DNA of 62,766 bases, the filler included, from Bonamia ostreae (lineage: Eukaryota): assembly GCA_040357525.1 (NCBI GenBank). It is 24 parts of 24 records of this genome, joined end to end, with 100 filler letters (N's around TTAATTAATTAA, not from the genome) between each part and the next. Parts side by side here need not be neighbours in the genome. Positions count along the whole stretch, not along the records: positions 60,265 to 62,766 come from JBDODL010000809.1; 23 more parts are not named here. One strand, written 5' to 3'. The stretch's first letter is position 1. Every line of letters starts with the position of its first letter. Shown here piece after piece: positions 61,412 through 62,766 of this stretch. The translations under genes and the position numbers were made by a program. Under the pieces are notes generated by a model, which was not told the DNA's origin, searched no databases, and worked only from the letters and a program-made list of their open reading frames with translations.

Positions 61412-62766
61412 ATGGCGGACAATGAACTTAAAAATTTGATCGAAAATTTTTTAAGTCAAACTAATGAAAAATCTGTTTTCGCCATTACAGAAATGCCCCT
61501 TTCACTACAAAATATTTACGTCTTTCTAAGACGATCTAAAACTTTTGACTCAAATTTAAACTTTAGTCAAAATTTTATTTTGAGGTTTATTCAAAAATTT
61601 TTAATCTAATATAAAAAATAAAGATTGCGAAGATTCCTTTGCGAAAACAACACTTTCGCAAAAGCTAAAATTATTCATATTTTGCGTTATTTAACTCATT
61701 TTCCATCTTTTAATTACTCGGAATTTTCTCATTGCTTTAACATTCTAATTTCCTGGTTAAACAAAATTTTATTCAAATTAACAAAATTTAAAAAAAAAAC
61801 GAAAATTTTTTTGAAAAATTTAACCAAAAATTTCCCTAAAATTGAATTGCAAAATTTTGAAAATTTTTTTGAAAATTATTAAAAGGTCGTTGATTCAACC
61901 CGAATCCTATCTCAAAGAACGAACAAGTGCTTTTAAGTTCGTTTACAGAATTGTAAAAACAGAATATTCGGCAATTGACATTTCTGTTATCCAATCTTTA
62001 ATTTCCGTCGCTTCCGAGCCCAGCGATTCGTTATGCCGCTCTTCGTTAGATTTGTTAACCGATTTGGCCATTTTGCTACCGGAAGAAGTTTCGATCTGTG
62101 GAGGATATAAAATAATTTTAAATTCGCTTTGCAATCTCACTTTTAGAGTTTTGAAAAATTTTGACATTTTTAATATTTTTGTAAATTTTCAGAAATTTTT
62201 CTCAAAATTTAAATTTGCAAAATTTGATCTTTTTGTTGCGAAAACGACAAAATTGCAAAAATCTATTTTTCAGAATTTAGCAATTTGTTTTCAAAGGATC
62301 AATTCCAGAAAATAACGATGGTCGTTATGGGTTTGATTGAATGTCCAAGAACTCAAAAACTTTTTAATCCGCACGATTTCCACACATTTTTATACAAATG
62401 CAACAACAATAACGAAGAATATGTTAGTTCCATCGGCGTAATCCAAGTTTGGATAATTTCAAAATTTTAGTTTTTAAAAACGGCTTTGTTCAATATTGAC
62501 ACAGCGATATTTCTTCTATCAGATGATGAATTTGTAAAAGGATTGATTGAGACCATTCGTCCTATTAACACAAATTCTGCCACATATTTTTCTGTCTTTA
62601 TTAAAATTTTTAAGATATTTTGTAAAATGAAAAATTTGAACTTTGAAAATTGCAATTTTTTGTAAAATGAAAAATTTGAACTTTGAAAATTGCAATTTTT
62701 TGTAAAATGACAAAATTTGAACTTTGAAAATTGCAATTTTTTGTAAAATGACAAAATTTGAACTTT
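61412..62766 (+). CDS. RICTOR: Rictor (TORC2 subunit) N-terminal part
   Basis: HILRYL, ERTSAFKFV, SLISVASEPSDSLCRSSLDLLTDLAILLPEEVSICGG match the Rictor N-terminal pattern. Confidence 0.65.
62617..62766. repeat. Intronic minisatellite, 40-41-nt unit, at least 3.5 copies
   Basis: TGTAAAATGA(C)AAAATTTGAACTTTGAAAATTGCAATTTTT repeats. Confidence 0.88.

Overview
Eukaryotic sequence, not one contiguous locus. The window is 24 unrelated contigs of about 2.5 kb, sorted by decreasing length (2539 to 2502 nt) and joined by artificial 100-nt linkers (N44-TTAATTAATTAA-N44). About 21 contigs come from a very compact, AT-rich protist genome using the standard code. Genes are tightly packed and broken by many tiny GT-AG introns (mostly 19-28 nt) with GTT(T) donors and A-rich acceptors, which is why the ORF track is fragmented. 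Gene content (AROM, plant-type KCS, TPS, PDX2, UROS, myosin, RPB1, Rictor) plus two contigs with animal-style DNA suggest a parasite of an invertebrate; an ascetosporean such as Bonamia is my inference, not proven. Highlights: (1) a two-ORF APE-type non-LTR retrotransposon whose start codon lies 19 nt from a TTAGGG tract in TRAS-like orientation, with an oligo(A) insertion in the repeat; (2) the micro-intron system with deviant splice signals; (3) an unassigned structured ncRNA candidate; (4) TM/F-box/TBC and ArfGAP/DENN fusion genes and a small secreted-protein gene that appear only after splicing; (5) minisatellites largely confined to introns and sharp GC shifts inside genes.
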